DNA of 64,000 nt, from NCBI GenBank assembly GCA_001599295.1, contig BCGN01000004.1, forward strand, positions 686,138 through 750,137. The letters run 5' to 3'. Within the stretch, counting starts at the first letter, position 1. Each line of letters opens with the position of its first letter. This stretch comes from Sporopachydermia quercuum. Taxonomy: Eukaryota. Shown here one piece after another: positions 1-11,597 of this stretch. The notes beneath the pieces are model-generated. The model worked only from the letters and a program-made list of their open reading frames with translations, was not told the DNA's origin and did not search any database. A program made the position numbers and the translations under genes.

Positions 1-1
1 A

Positions 2-958
2 AGCCGTCGAACAATTGAAAGAGTGATAAGAGATTATGAAGAGAAATATAGTCTACCCCTAACGGAGATCCATCCACCAACAGTTGTTCCAGCTAGAAGA
101 AGAGGTTCATATCCTCCCAAGCATGAAAATACTGAATCCATAACACCACAACAAGTTACCACCGTTCAACAAGATCAGCAGAATGACCAGCAATTACAAG
201 CATTACAACATATCGGTGACGAAGAACTACGACAGTTTGAAGAACGTGCAAAGAGATCAGTTAATGAGTTGAGTGTTGATGAATTTGATCCTGATATAGC
301 CCAAAGTGCAGTGGAACAAGTCACTAAGGTTGATGTCGATGATAAACGATCACAATTTGATCCTGCTTTAACTGATTTTGCAACGGATGAAGACAAATAT
401 GCGCCAGCAGTCAAAAGGGTTCGTAAGTCTAGTAAAAGAAAAGAACGTGAATATGCTGAAGAACAGGCCAAAGCTGCAGAAGAAGCTGCTGCTGCCGTTG
501 TTGCTGCTGCTGCATTGTCAGACGTCGATCTTGTCGGAGCAACAAATACTATTTCTGATGAATTGTTGAATATGGATGCCATCGAATCTGCTTCTCATGG
601 TATTCATTTTACTCCCTATACTCCACCAGTCAATTTCTATGAATCATTAAGACATTATGTCACGGAATCTAAGCGAAATAATGACATTAGTATTCTTTAT
701 GAAGGCATGACAAAAGGTTTAGGAATGCCAGAAGATTTATATGAAAATCTCTTCAACAGAATTATTGGTGGTATTCATTTATTTGAACAACTCTGTCACT
801 CCTTTTTCGAGAAAGGTGAGTATCCCACTGATGTTCCTGGTTTATGGTCTTTGGAAGATGATCGATTACTTGAAGAAGGTGCTAATGATGATATACTCAT
901 GAGAAAACATGGAGAAGCAAGAGTTGAAGCTAGGAAGAATTATCTGGGAATAAAATAG
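2..958 (+). CDS. RAP1: Rap1 telomere/transcription factor, C-terminal part (5' truncated by window edge)
   Basis: Frame open from nt 2. C-terminus PTDVPGLWSLEDDRLL...KHGEARVEARKNYL resembles the Rap1 C-terminal (RCT) domain. Neighbours IES2/PEX17/RRG9/VID27 match S. cerevisiae YNL216W-YNL212W order. Confidence 0.85.
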   Translation, partial: SRRTIERVIRDYEEKYSLPLTEIHPPTVVPARRRGSYPPKHENTESITPQQVTTVQQDQQNDQQLQALQHIGDEELRQFEERAKRSVNELSVDEFDPDIAQSAVEQVTKVDVDDKRSQFDPALTDFATDEDKYAPAVKRVRKSSKRKEREYAEEQAKAAEEAAAAVVAAAALSDVDLVGATNTISDELLNMDAIESASHGIHFTPYTPPVNFYESLRHYVTESKRNNDISILYEGMTKGLGMPEDLYENLFNRIIGGIHLFEQLCHSFFEKGEYPTDVPGLWSLEDDRLLEEGANDDILMRKHGEARVEARKNYLGIK

Positions 959-1153
959 TCATGAGAAAGAATAGTGACAAAAGAAAGTAAAGTAAGAGAG
1001 ACATAAATTGCACCTTCAATGAATCTATGATGATTTTAAGTACAATAATTTTGTATATTTTTATTATTCTTATGAAACCCGTTGTATATTAATCTGAACT
1101 ACATTAGATGAGATCGAACAACACGACTTATTTACTGTAAACAAACATTCTAT

Positions 1154-3475
1154 TCAAATCGTAGCAACTCCTTCTTCTCTAGGTTCTTCTTTGACAATAA
1201 TATCCTCCTTGCTTAGAAGCTGCCGTAATTCAGGTTCAACATGAATGTACGTGTTTTTAGATGATGATGCTGACGCTGATAATTTATTATTAGTACTAGC
1301 AGTATCTTTTTCCTTCTTATTGCTTTCATCGTCGTTAGCACTACTGTCAGCTTTGCTTTTACCTTTATCATCATCTTTTGGAACTTCAGCTTCATTGGCA
1401 CTCTCAGTACGTTTATTTTCGTCGTCTGTTGGATTTTCTCCAGTATATCCATTTTGCAAGTTTGATTGATCAATTAATAGAATCCTGTTCCTGAATTTCA
1501 AAAACAAGTACTCTGCTCTTATCAAAATATCTTCTAATTCAATTTGGCCACTAAGATCATTCATATACTTGAGTACTTCATCAAATCTAGTCAGATTCTC
1601 CATGATGATTCTTTTATGTTTATGAAGAATAGCCAGAGCAACAAATAAGTGAAACTGAGAAGAATAGTAATTTGTCCATAGAACTTCCCACAGTCTGCAG
1701 GTATCCTTCCAATCAAATTCTCGCTTGAACCACACAAGAATCATTCTGAAAAAGAAGAATAAGTTTGCTGAGTCTGTTTTCAACAAATGCTCATATAAGT
1801 CAGGTAACATAAAATTCGTCAAATGAGAAAGACATAATAATTGATCTTTCATACCTGATTGAGACCTTAGGAACCCTCTTTCCGTCTTTTCCATGAATTT
1901 GGTAAAAGCAGCAAATGATAAGTGCTCAGATCGATCTAAAGTTATATATAAAGGAGATAACAAATCTGACATTCCTTGAACGTATCCTAGATTTATATCG
2001 TATTGATTGAATGTAAGAAGAATACGTTTTAATGCTTCAAGGTTTTTATTGGTATACTCACTAATCTCTTCTGTATTAGGATCCGTATTTTTCATATCGA
2101 GTTCTTTATACTCTTCTCTTGATCTATCAGTTCGCATTATATCTTTGAAGATACGGAAATTCTGATCTTTGAAATATTCATCTTTAGTTCTTAAATCATA
2201 ATCTTCTTCCCACTGATTCAAATACATATTATAGGTGTCTTTCCAACCTTGAGAAATATCCTCACGGGCTTTACTAGAAGAGCTCCAAGGATAAACACCC
2301 AAAAGAAACAGCCATGCTTCTTTTCTAACGCCATCATTTTTTAATCCACCATGGAAAATACGTTCAATAACCTCATCACTTGTAATAGATAAATGGCCAG
2401 TATGATCAAAAAATTGTTCCCATTCGACCTTAGTAACTTCATTTCGTCTTTGAATGACTTCTTCATCAATTGCACTATCTCCAGTTTTACTGCCTTTCTC
2501 ATTAGCACCAAATAACGTCTTATAGCGATTATCTAACTTCATACTCCGTATTCTACTCCTTTCTGCATCTTCAGAAACCTTTAATGCCCATTTGGCCAAG
2601 TAAACTTGAGCAGATTCAAAATCCTGACCGACTTGCTTGACTTCAGGGGTCTGTAAGTATGACTTAATGATTGGTGGTGAATTATCAACAACTTCCTTCA
2701 CAGTTTTCTTAGAAAATAATGAAAGCTTAGCAAGTTTTTCCAATACCTGAAACTTAACATCATTAATAGTATGTAAAAGGTCAGGTTGCTTCTTATTTCT
2801 CTTTATGTTTTCAGCTTGGGCAGCCCGAGGACTGAATGATCTTCTATCTGCTTCATCAGGGTTGATCAAATAACAAGAAGGTTCTAAAGTGGATCTTTCA
2901 ACAACTGCGAATCTTTCTAATGCAGTAATAAATTGATCACCTCCCCAAAAGAGATGAGAGCCAGATTTAGAGGAAGAAAATGGGTCAAAAGCTTTATTTC
3001 GTTCTTGTTGTTCAGCTTTTGTAGATGGACATGTATCGTCATGAAAAAAAAGAACAGGACATCGATTGAAGCTATCGCGAGGATTTATTACTATTGAGCC
3101 ATACCACCAGCCAGGAGACGGGAATCTTACTTCAATCGAAAAGATTCCTTTCAATTGAAGTGAGAATGAATACTCAGATATAGAAGACAATAATGGTTTA
3201 GCAACAAAGTACTCCCTTGATGTGCCTCCGTATTCCATATCTACCATGTTATAGATCTCAGCTTCTTCTTTATCAAGCATATGTTCGGGAACCCAAGCAA
3301 GTAATAAATCTTTGTTAGTTTCAGTGCCATGTTGTTTGGCAATGAATAAAAACCCTGGTATATTATCTTTTGAATCTGACGAAGGATGAAGATAGATTTG
3401 AGATTTCACATAGAGGAGCTGTATAGCTCTTTCTGAGTTGATAGCTATTGTGCTTTTAGGATGTAAATGCGACAT
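1154..3475 (-). CDS. GYP7: Rab GTPase-activating protein, TBC domain (Gyp7)
   Basis: 773 aa ORF. N-terminal LLYVKSQIYLHPS..DNIPGFL, TBC motifs IFKDIMRTDR and GYVQGMSDLLSP, FFFRMILVWFKREF. Confidence 0.95.
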   Translation of the reverse strand: MSHLHPKSTIAINSERAIQLLYVKSQIYLHPSSDSKDNIPGFLFIAKQHGTETNKDLLLAWVPEHMLDKEEAEIYNMVDMEYGGTSREYFVAKPLLSSISEYSFSLQLKGIFSIEVRFPSPGWWYGSIVINPRDSFNRCPVLFFHDDTCPSTKAEQQERNKAFDPFSSSKSGSHLFWGGDQFITALERFAVVERSTLEPSCYLINPDEADRRSFSPRAAQAENIKRNKKQPDLLHTINDVKFQVLEKLAKLSLFSKKTVKEVVDNSPPIIKSYLQTPEVKQVGQDFESAQVYLAKWALKVSEDAERSRIRSMKLDNRYKTLFGANEKGSKTGDSAIDEEVIQRRNEVTKVEWEQFFDHTGHLSITSDEVIERIFHGGLKNDGVRKEAWLFLLGVYPWSSSSKAREDISQGWKDTYNMYLNQWEEDYDLRTKDEYFKDQNFRIFKDIMRTDRSREEYKELDMKNTDPNTEEISEYTNKNLEALKRILLTFNQYDINLGYVQGMSDLLSPLYITLDRSEHLSFAAFTKFMEKTERGFLRSQSGMKDQLLCLSHLTNFMLPDLYEHLLKTDSANLFFFFRMILVWFKREFDWKDTCRLWEVLWTNYYSSQFHLFVALAILHKHKRIIMENLTRFDEVLKYMNDLSGQIELEDILIRAEYLFLKFRNRILLIDQSNLQNGYTGENPTDDENKRTESANEAEVPKDDDKGKSKADSSANDDESNKKEKDTASTNNKLSASASSSKNTYIHVEPELRQLLSKEDIIVKEEPREEGVATI

Positions 3476-4655
3476 TATGGATAATTGGTTAATGAGGATA
3501 TAATTAGTTAATGATGATCTGAATGGAAAGATTCACTCTTATTTAATCCTTCAGCGAAAAATAATTAAGAAACTTATCCCAAATCGAATATTCAATTAAA
3601 GTAAGTGATAATAAACCGTTGTAGCTTCCAATAGTGGTAGAAGTCTTGCTTGAAGTCTTCCTTGAATCTAACACTGCTGACAATCAGTAGTCACTAATCA
3701 GATGAGAAACAACCAATCTTACTATATGTCTGCCCTGCGAGATACCAAACCGGCTGTAGAACTGGAGAGAATCAAAAATATATCCTTGTTATATTCTCAA
3801 TATCAGCAGTTATTTCATGAATTCAAACTTCTCCCTATTTATCCATTGTCCTTATATGAATGACAGATAAAGCCATAAGTCAAATCATCGCCTTCAATTA
3901 TATAGCGATTTTAACTGTAAATGGAATAGGGTCATAGAAACTTTAAATGTATTTGAGTTTGATGTTTTTCGAATGGTGGGCAAAGAGTGTGGGAAAGGAG
4001 AGCTAATGGCTCATTTCGCAGGNTAGCTAATGAAATTCTAGCTGATGAGAAAGTGTCCTTCAATGGTTGCTATTCTTATTTATGACTCTCTTTTTGAAAT
4101 TTTTACTTCTAGTGTAACTGGGGAAATTTTACCTGGATGATTTACTTTTGACGTTTGATGATGAGATGGAAAATGAAACTGATAAGGTAATTGAGTTTTT
4201 GACTTGCCTCCGCAGCTTTCATGCATCATATATGCAGTAATAATGCTATTTGTTTGTCTTTTGTTCTGTTAATTTCCTATGGCGGAGAACGCGCTTCACA
4301 AGAACTATATCAGAACCAGAGTGAAGCTTTGGCAAATATATTATTCTTCTGATTACTATTTTCTCAAAACAACAGTGTCATAATTTGTTTATNAACCACT
4401 ATTTACTTTGTTTTTTGGTCGACGCTGCGTGTCATTGAAGAGCTTTGACTACCAATATCGGAGATTATACTGCTTAAACGATATTTATCGTTTCCGAAAT
4501 TGATATATGTCAATTCACAAAAGAAGCNATTTGTCCTATCACTTCCTCTTGGTTTCAACCATTAGTACTAATTAACTATAAAGAATTCCCAGAAATAAAT
4601 TTATCAATATATCTTGTACATCTATTATACAATAATATTGAGTGAGTTTAGTAAC

Positions 4656-5998
4656 ATGGGCAAAAAACCTCAAAAAACGGGTTTAGATTCTGACTCTGAA
4701 TTGTCAGAACTGTCCTCAGGAGAAGAGGTACTGGTAGAGAATGTTGACAAAAGTATGTATAGAATTACTGTCNTGAAACTTTCAATTATTATGCAAAAGA
4801 GTACTAATGGAGTTTGTATTTAGAGCTTTCTAAGCTAACAGAAGACTCAGAAGATGAGGATTCAAATCTAGATGATTCAGTAGACGATTCGGAAGGGGAC
4901 TTGTCATCTGGTTCAGAGTACGAAGATGAAATGGTATCAGAGAAGGTCAATAGCAAAGGAAGTAGAAGGTCTTTAAGAGCAAATCAAAAACAGAGTAATT
5001 CACGCTCAGACGTCAATTNCGATAATGATAATGATTCTGACGACGAAAACGAAGAAGACGATGACATGGATGACGATGACGAGGACGATGTATCAGAAGA
5101 TGATGAAGTGGATGATGATGATTACGGTGACGACGATGAGGCTATACGATCTACTAGATCTCATAATACGCATTATATCAAAAGAGACATAACAGAGGAT
5201 GCTGAAGAAGGAGAAATTGGGGAAGATGATGATGAAGAGGAAGAGGAAGAAGATGATAACGATAATGATAATAATGAGCATGACGAGGACGAGGGTATGT
5301 CACAAGAAGTTTCTCAAATTGAGATTGCCCGTCCTGTGCATGGAAATGGTGAAGTAGATGATGAAGATGACGAAGAAAATGAAGTTGAAGANGATGAAGA
5401 AGCCGATGAGCAACCAGATGAAGAGGATGACGATGAAGGTGACGATAACGAAGATGGGGACCTAGATGATGATGATGAAATGGATGATGATGATGATGAT
5501 GATGAAAGCTCGGTTGCTGATGGACGTAATATAGATATTGCGGATGACGATGAGGTAGAATCAGAAAGTGCATGGACCACGGGTTATTCCACCCCCGATT
5601 TATCCCGAATGACAGAAAGGCAACGACAGATGCTTACGTCTGAAAAAATAGATAATAATATTGAAGAGCAGTATTCCAAACTACCAGCGTTTCAGTCATC
5701 AAAGAAAAGAATATGGACAGAGGAAGAAATACAATTGAAACGTGCTGAAATGGCGAGAAAACGGAAGAATTTGAGTCAAAAGAGACTAGAGGAGGAGAAG
5801 AGAGATACTTTAAATAAATTACTACGGAAAAGAGCAGGAAAATCTGATTCTCGGACTGATGAAGAAGATAGATTTGCATCAATTATTGATAAGCCTAGAA
5901 GGCCAATGATAGAGCATGAGGCTTTTATCACATGGAGATCTAATAGCTCGAAAGAAACACTGACTGTTCCTAAGCAGCTTTTCACGTCTCAAACGTGA
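4656..5998 (+). CDS. IES2: INO80 complex subunit Ies2 (PAPA-1 domain); exons 4656-4752, 4824-5998
   Basis: ATG 4656, phase-1 intron restores the frame of the long ORF. Long D/E-rich N-terminal region, then TEEEIQLKRAEMARKRKNLSQKRLEEEKRDTLNKLLRKRA (PAPA-1). Syntenic position. Confidence 0.9.
4753..4823 (+). other. Spliceosomal intron of IES2 (71 nt)
   Basis: GTATGT donor, TACTAAT branch at 4802-4808, TAG acceptor; frame-consistent. Confidence 0.85.
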
Positions 5999-6938
5999 TA
6001 TGGCTCTGCTTTGTTATATTCATTCAATGAAAAACTGATGTATATCAAGTTACCAGCTCTATATTTCTGCTCAATACTATTCATTCATGTTTATGGTAGA
6101 GAGAAACTGGTGTAGTTTCCTAGAGCAGCTGCTGGAAGTTCGAACATGTAATTTATCTTAAACCTTATTCGAAGTGCAGATTTGGTATAAGAACTTTAAT
6201 CGTAACTCCATCAACCTCTCTTTATTGGAGACAGACACACAGTCAAATTCATACTCAGAAGTAAATAGCTCATAGCATTATCATTCTTTGGATATTAAAT
6301 CCTGTTATAAATAACGTTCAATTATAATGCTAATGTCTTAGAATTTTTATTTTTCCTGAGCTCCTTCCCATATATTTTCCTACTAGCTTACTTTTCAGTC
6401 ATGTGAACCCCTACAATGCTCGTAATGCATGTATTATGCATAAATCATCCTCTCCTTGAACTTAATTTCATGGCGTAATTTTTCCATCAAAGTTATCCAC
6501 TATTATACTTTTCTGTAAGCTCTGCCCACATTATCAAAGATTCACATTGACAGGTTAATTTAACACCGGCATCCAGCGCAAAAACCACTAATGCAGATAT
6601 CATTCTTTTTCCTTATCGACAGCAACAACACGGTTTATGATTACTAGTTGGCTTTCACTGTGGTGCTATATTAACTGATAGAAGTTACCTGAGACATCTA
6701 TCANAGATAGGACAGAATTCTAGATTGAAAGGCTTTTATTATCTGAATAGTACCAACAGGTCTGTCTATAAGTACAAAGAATTAGTAGATAAAAATTGAA
6801 TTCTGCGCTAATTTTTTGCTCATATTTTGTTCAAGAAAAGAGGATGATACTTTTCCGATAATTGCAGAAAAACACGCTAAAGGTTTTTGTTTGGCTTGGT
6901 AGTTTTGAACAAGGTTGTCTTGTGTCATCGATTCAACA

Positions 6939-9497
6939 ATGAACAATATACTGTCTTCACGTCAAGCTGAACTATCGAAGATGAAGACAAGAATGACCAA
7001 CAACCCGCAGGTGGCTATGTTGGATGTTCTGCTGCCAAAGGGATCGCAAGACGTGCACTTATCTAGTCGTGGTGGAAACTCCATGCCCGAGAATAGACCT
7101 CTGAATAACATGAATCATCCCCAGCAGCAACAACAGAAGGAGCAACAACGTCCAATGCTTCCCTCTCAGCAACCACAGAATCAAACACAGAATCAGAGAG
7201 TTCAGACTCAATCCCAGTCTCAGTCGCAAGCTCAAACTCAACAACCATACTCACAACAAAATACAATAGCACAGCGTAAATCTTCAGCTGATCCCTCGTC
7301 TGTAATGTCGTCTCAAATGCAACCTCAGCGACCTGTATCCAGAGAAGCTCCTTCAAGAGCGCCTATTATATCTCATCAAATAAATCGAAGCTCATCAGCT
7401 AATGGAATTTTACAACCCCCTTCCCAAGCNCAAATTCTCCCTCAACAGCAGCAACAGCAACAGAGACTAAACGGTCAACCTCAGCCTTCNCAGCCACATA
7501 TTCAAGGTAGAAGCCAGTTTCCACAAGGCCAAATTCAAGGCCAAGGGGGTCCGGAGTCAATCTCCATACAACGGATTCAAGCAGGACATGTTCCCGCTCA
7601 GGGATCGCCGCAAGGAGCACAGGGTCCTCAAGTAGGACCAAGACCTCCAGGTTCCATTGGGTCAAGTGGTTCAAGNGGCTCAAATGATTCTAATGGATCC
7701 AAATTGAATGCTCGTGGTCCACAGGCGAGTGGTCCTTATTTTGCTCGATTGCCATCACAACATCAAGTTGGTAATCGCATCGAAATACCAGGAGGATCTA
7801 ACCAAATAAGACAAGGNCCACAAGGGAACAGAATTCTTAGCCAACAAGTTCAATCACCATCCGGGGTACCAAGTGCAGCTGCACAGTCACCGGAAGTGCC
7901 TTTACATGCTCCACAGCAACAACAGCAAATGGCCAATAATAACCCTGAGCACCAAGGCTTCCCAGCTCAGAATATGCAGAACCAGCGAAATAATAGTCCT
8001 CATAATCAAAACCCAATGACTCAAACATTGTCAATGAATAGTTATAGAAGATATGTCTCACATTTCGGTATTGTCAAGTTCTTAGATTTCTGTGACTGTT
8101 GTGGTATGAAAAACGATGCTATCAAAGACCTGTCATTATGGCAAACGCTTATCAAAGAATTTTTCACGGAAAATGGGGTCATGAAATATTTTGTTCGATT
8201 ACCTTCGAAAGAATTGATGAGATTCGAGTTAATTTATCCTTCGATACCTAAGTTTTTCCATTCAATTATTGAATCTGGAGTTATGAAAATGGAGCTGAAT
8301 CCTGGGAATCTACGAGCTCAACCAATTGCTAATAACTGTACATTTGTTGAGAGTACTGGTTTGTCCATAACCCATTGGTATCCAGATGGATCATTTGTTA
8401 CATCTCATGGAGGAGTTCGGACTATGTTCAATCAAGCTATGAAAATCGAATGGATAGATATTTATACTTATGAATATATTCCAGGGTTTTCCTGGCATAT
8501 GCTAGAAAGGTACTTGGCTTCTGAAGATGNCAATACTGCATTATCATCTGCTTCATCAGGTCTTGAACTCAATGGCGNTAACCAAAAATCTAGTAATGGT
8601 ATTGATGGAATGAATCAAGGACTCAATGGAAATTATACGGGAGGTCGACCAAATGGAGGACCAAGTGGTAATTCTACTATAGCTGGTATTAAGAATAATT
8701 TTTCAATATTCAAAGATATGTCGCCGTTTGGTCTTTCAACGTCGGTTATAAGAATGCTAAGTATTTCTGACTTGATGTCATCTTTAGCTGATCTTATGTC
8801 TTATTCTATTGCTCATAATAACATGTCTCCAACTGAGACATTAGAACAATATGTTCAAGCAAATAGACCCACGCCTTCGCCAGTTAATCCTCCAGGAACT
8901 ATGGTTCCACCAAGTCCTGCTGGTGCACCAATTGTTCCTCAAACGGTTAATGCTTCTGTTCATGCTGCTGCTGTAGCAAGTTCTGTTCCTTATTTGAAGA
9001 GACAGCCAACGGCATCACAAGTACAGCCGCAAGTCCAATCACAACAAGCACAGTTATCACAATTACAAAGGCCAAATCAAGGACAACCAGGACAACAGAT
9101 TATCCATCAATCTCAAGCTCAAGGTCACCAAAAACCTCAAGGGCCACCGCAGAGTCAAAGTCAAAATCACATTCCAAACCAAAATCAGAACCAAAATCAG
9201 AACCAAAATCAATCTCAGCCTCAGAGTTTACAACGCCAGAACCGATTTTCCGTTAACTCCCAATTTCAAGAATCATCACTTCAAGATGATATGAGTTTGA
9301 ACTTATCACAGGCTTCTTTGATCAATAAGAGAAGAAGACTCAACTCCAACTCTTCTGAGCCTGGTGTATTCAATCAACCAACCGTTCGTAAAATTAGTTC
9401 ATCGTCAAGTTTTATGAATGATGGTATTATTGGAGTTGGTCCTGATGTGTTGTATTCTGGTCGACCTCATATAGGTGATATGAATGACATGAAATGA
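6939..9497 (+). CDS. MFG1: Mfg1/PtaB-type LIM-domain-binding transcriptional regulator of filamentous growth
   Basis: First ATG at 6939. Q/P/N-rich flanks around a globular domain (WQTLIKEFFTENG...FELIYPSIPKFF...KIEWIDI...FGLSTSVIRMLSISDLMSSL). Adjacent to GYP7 as with YDL234C/YDL233W. Exact start is uncertain. Confidence 0.82.
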   Translation: MNNILSSRQAELSKMKTRMTNNPQVAMLDVLLPKGSQDVHLSSRGGNSMPENRPLNNMNHPQQQQQKEQQRPMLPSQQPQNQTQNQRVQTQSQSQSQAQTQQPYSQQNTIAQRKSSADPSSVMSSQMQPQRPVSREAPSRAPIISHQINRSSSANGILQPPSQXQILPQQQQQQQRLNGQPQPXQPHIQGRSQFPQGQIQGQGGPESISIQRIQAGHVPAQGSPQGAQGPQVGPRPPGSIGSSGSXGSNDSNGSKLNARGPQASGPYFARLPSQHQVGNRIEIPGGSNQIRQXPQGNRILSQQVQSPSGVPSAAAQSPEVPLHAPQQQQQMANNNPEHQGFPAQNMQNQRNNSPHNQNPMTQTLSMNSYRRYVSHFGIVKFLDFCDCCGMKNDAIKDLSLWQTLIKEFFTENGVMKYFVRLPSKELMRFELIYPSIPKFFHSIIESGVMKMELNPGNLRAQPIANNCTFVESTGLSITHWYPDGSFVTSHGGVRTMFNQAMKIEWIDIYTYEYIPGFSWHMLERYLASEDXNTALSSASSGLELNGXNQKSSNGIDGMNQGLNGNYTGGRPNGGPSGNSTIAGIKNNFSIFKDMSPFGLSTSVIRMLSISDLMSSLADLMSYSIAHNNMSPTETLEQYVQANRPTPSPVNPPGTMVPPSPAGAPIVPQTVNASVHAAAVASSVPYLKRQPTASQVQPQVQSQQAQLSQLQRPNQGQPGQQIIHQSQAQGHQKPQGPPQSQSQNHIPNQNQNQNQNQNQSQPQSLQRQNRFSVNSQFQESSLQDDMSLNLSQASLINKRRRLNSNSSEPGVFNQPTVRKISSSSSFMNDGIIGVGPDVLYSGRPHIGDMNDMK

Positions 9498-10644
9498 ATC
9501 ATTGATTCAAACTAGTACGTTTGTATAGTATGTTAAGCTTATGCCTGAAAGACTTAAAGTGCAGGAGAATTTTTAGCATTATATTATGACTATGAGTTCA
9601 ATGATTGTATCTCTATTCTGTTGCACTTTAGTTGTATTATTTTAGATTTATTTGTATTGTTATTTTCTGGTAGCTGGTCACCATCATCATCATTCCATTT
9701 CAAGTTAAATTGAAAGTTGAGACTTGAGAGGCGNGTGTTGAAAGTTGAAAGCTAATGTATCTATTAGACATAATTCATGTAACTGTTTTATTGATTTTTA
9801 TGTAGTAATTTTTTATCTTGTATTTCACATATCTTTTGGTCTTCTTTTTATTTTTTCCTGTATTCCATCATGCCAATACTATGAATAATAAAGTAGGAGT
9901 TTATTGCTTCACTTTGCTCTGCAACACGTATGGTTCTTGCTGTTTCCACCGGACTGGAGGATATCTATCTCATTTATAATACTTAATCGTATNATAAAGG
10001 CCAGGGATAGGATACATATATCAAGCTAGTATGATAAGCAATTATTATTTCTCAGCTGTTCAATTGATAGTTCCTATCCCTTTGTCCTGATTTGAAACTG
10101 ATTTTCTTGTCATTAATGTCATCATATCTTGAGTCATGTCAAGTTTTGCTAATAACATAACACTTCATATGTTATGCACCATTATGCATAAGAACAATAA
10201 ATTTAAAATCAGATCACGTAATCGGTATAGTCTATATTAAAGGTGTGCCACCCCAACCTTTGACTAGGTTAGTGCTTTTTGGCCCTCGGTATTGAAACAA
10301 TCTTTTTATTTGCTTGAAGTTACCTTTAGCAACTTTACTAAATGTTATAAGCGAACAGTAGATCAAGGAAGGGAGGACTAAACGTTCTGAACAGTATATG
10401 TTTGGCTAAGATTGCAGTAAGTCAGTTTTAATTAGGTGTTGAATCTGTTANTAAGCATTTGCTGAAGGAATCTTTGAACAGTTTATTATAACATTGTGCT
10501 TGTTCGTATATTAGATTATAAAGGAGTACTCGTTAACCTATATCTGATATTAGTATCTATAGAGCTTATTATTCAAAGGTGTTCTGACCCTGAAAACAAA
10601 GCATGCTAAGCCATCGGTGATTTATATTTGTTGTTACTGAAGAA

Positions 10645-11325
10645 ATGTCCGACAGAAATCTTCCAATTCCTTTTCCTGAACCAGAGGATCTAGAGCCTGT
10701 CTCTACATACTATAAACGTAGTAATAATGCAACACTACAATATGTATTGAATTTGCTATTCTACTCAGGAACTCTTTCTGTGGCTAGTTATCTAGTTGCT
10801 GCCTTAGTCATCAGGCCGCTATTAGAGGAAAATGTTTTGTTACGAAGGGAATATTCTGTGACTCTGTTGAAAAGAATTCGAAAGTTCAATCAAATACTTG
10901 AGTCGAAACATATTGAATTGGAAAAGTCTCAAAGAACAATTGTGGAGGACGTGAGTCCAACAGAATCCGAAAACAAAGGTTTCAACTCAAAAGTCATGTT
11001 TGATATTGCTCCTAAAGCAAAATCAACAACACTCAATCGACTATCGGAACTATTGAGCAAAGTGGCTGATATATGCCCTAGTGAAGATTCCACTAATCAG
11101 AGCACTAAGTATACACACCTTAATTCTCTGCAATATAGTGTTCGTGAACTACAGAGCTATAGTGATTTAGTTGTTCCTTCCGCAGTTCTGAAGAAGAAAA
11201 CAGCTGCAAAAGGCTTGGCACCAGTTGGTGTTTCATATTATGGCGATGATGCTGGCTCAATAACAACAGATATCAAACGAGAAATTAGAGGAATTAAAGG
11301 TATGGTAATAACTGGAGGTATATAA
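10645..11325 (+). CDS. PEX17: Peroxin Pex17 (docking complex)
   Basis: 226 aa. One N-terminal hydrophobic segment (LLFYSGTLSVASYLVAALVIRPLL), C-terminal IKREIRGIKG motif. Lies between IES2 and RRG9 as YNL214W does. Confidence 0.75.
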   Translation: MSDRNLPIPFPEPEDLEPVSTYYKRSNNATLQYVLNLLFYSGTLSVASYLVAALVIRPLLEENVLLRREYSVTLLKRIRKFNQILESKHIELEKSQRTIVEDVSPTESENKGFNSKVMFDIAPKAKSTTLNRLSELLSKVADICPSEDSTNQSTKYTHLNSLQYSVRELQSYSDLVVPSAVLKKKTAAKGLAPVGVSYYGDDAGSITTDIKREIRGIKGMVITGGI

Positions 11326-11597
11326 TGTTTAAGTAAAATTTCTTATTAATAGTATAATATATGTACAAGTAATCATATTCTGGATTTAATGTTCATATTG
11401 TGGTCAACTTTTCTGTTTATCCATCTAATCTTTGTTCTTTAACACGAGAATTTGGATCAAATACTTGTATCTTTCCTATATTTTGCTAGCATTATTGCTT
11501 GATATTGTCTATAGCTGTGAGAAAATGGTTCATTAACTAAAAATTGATCACTTCTGAACGCTCGTTCACCTTTTGTGGATAATTATTGAATCGCCAT

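Noticed and set aside
6130..6150. GTTCGA T-loop-like words (also near 54478, 58205)
   Set aside because: No cloverleaf or A-box context; no tRNA supported in the window.
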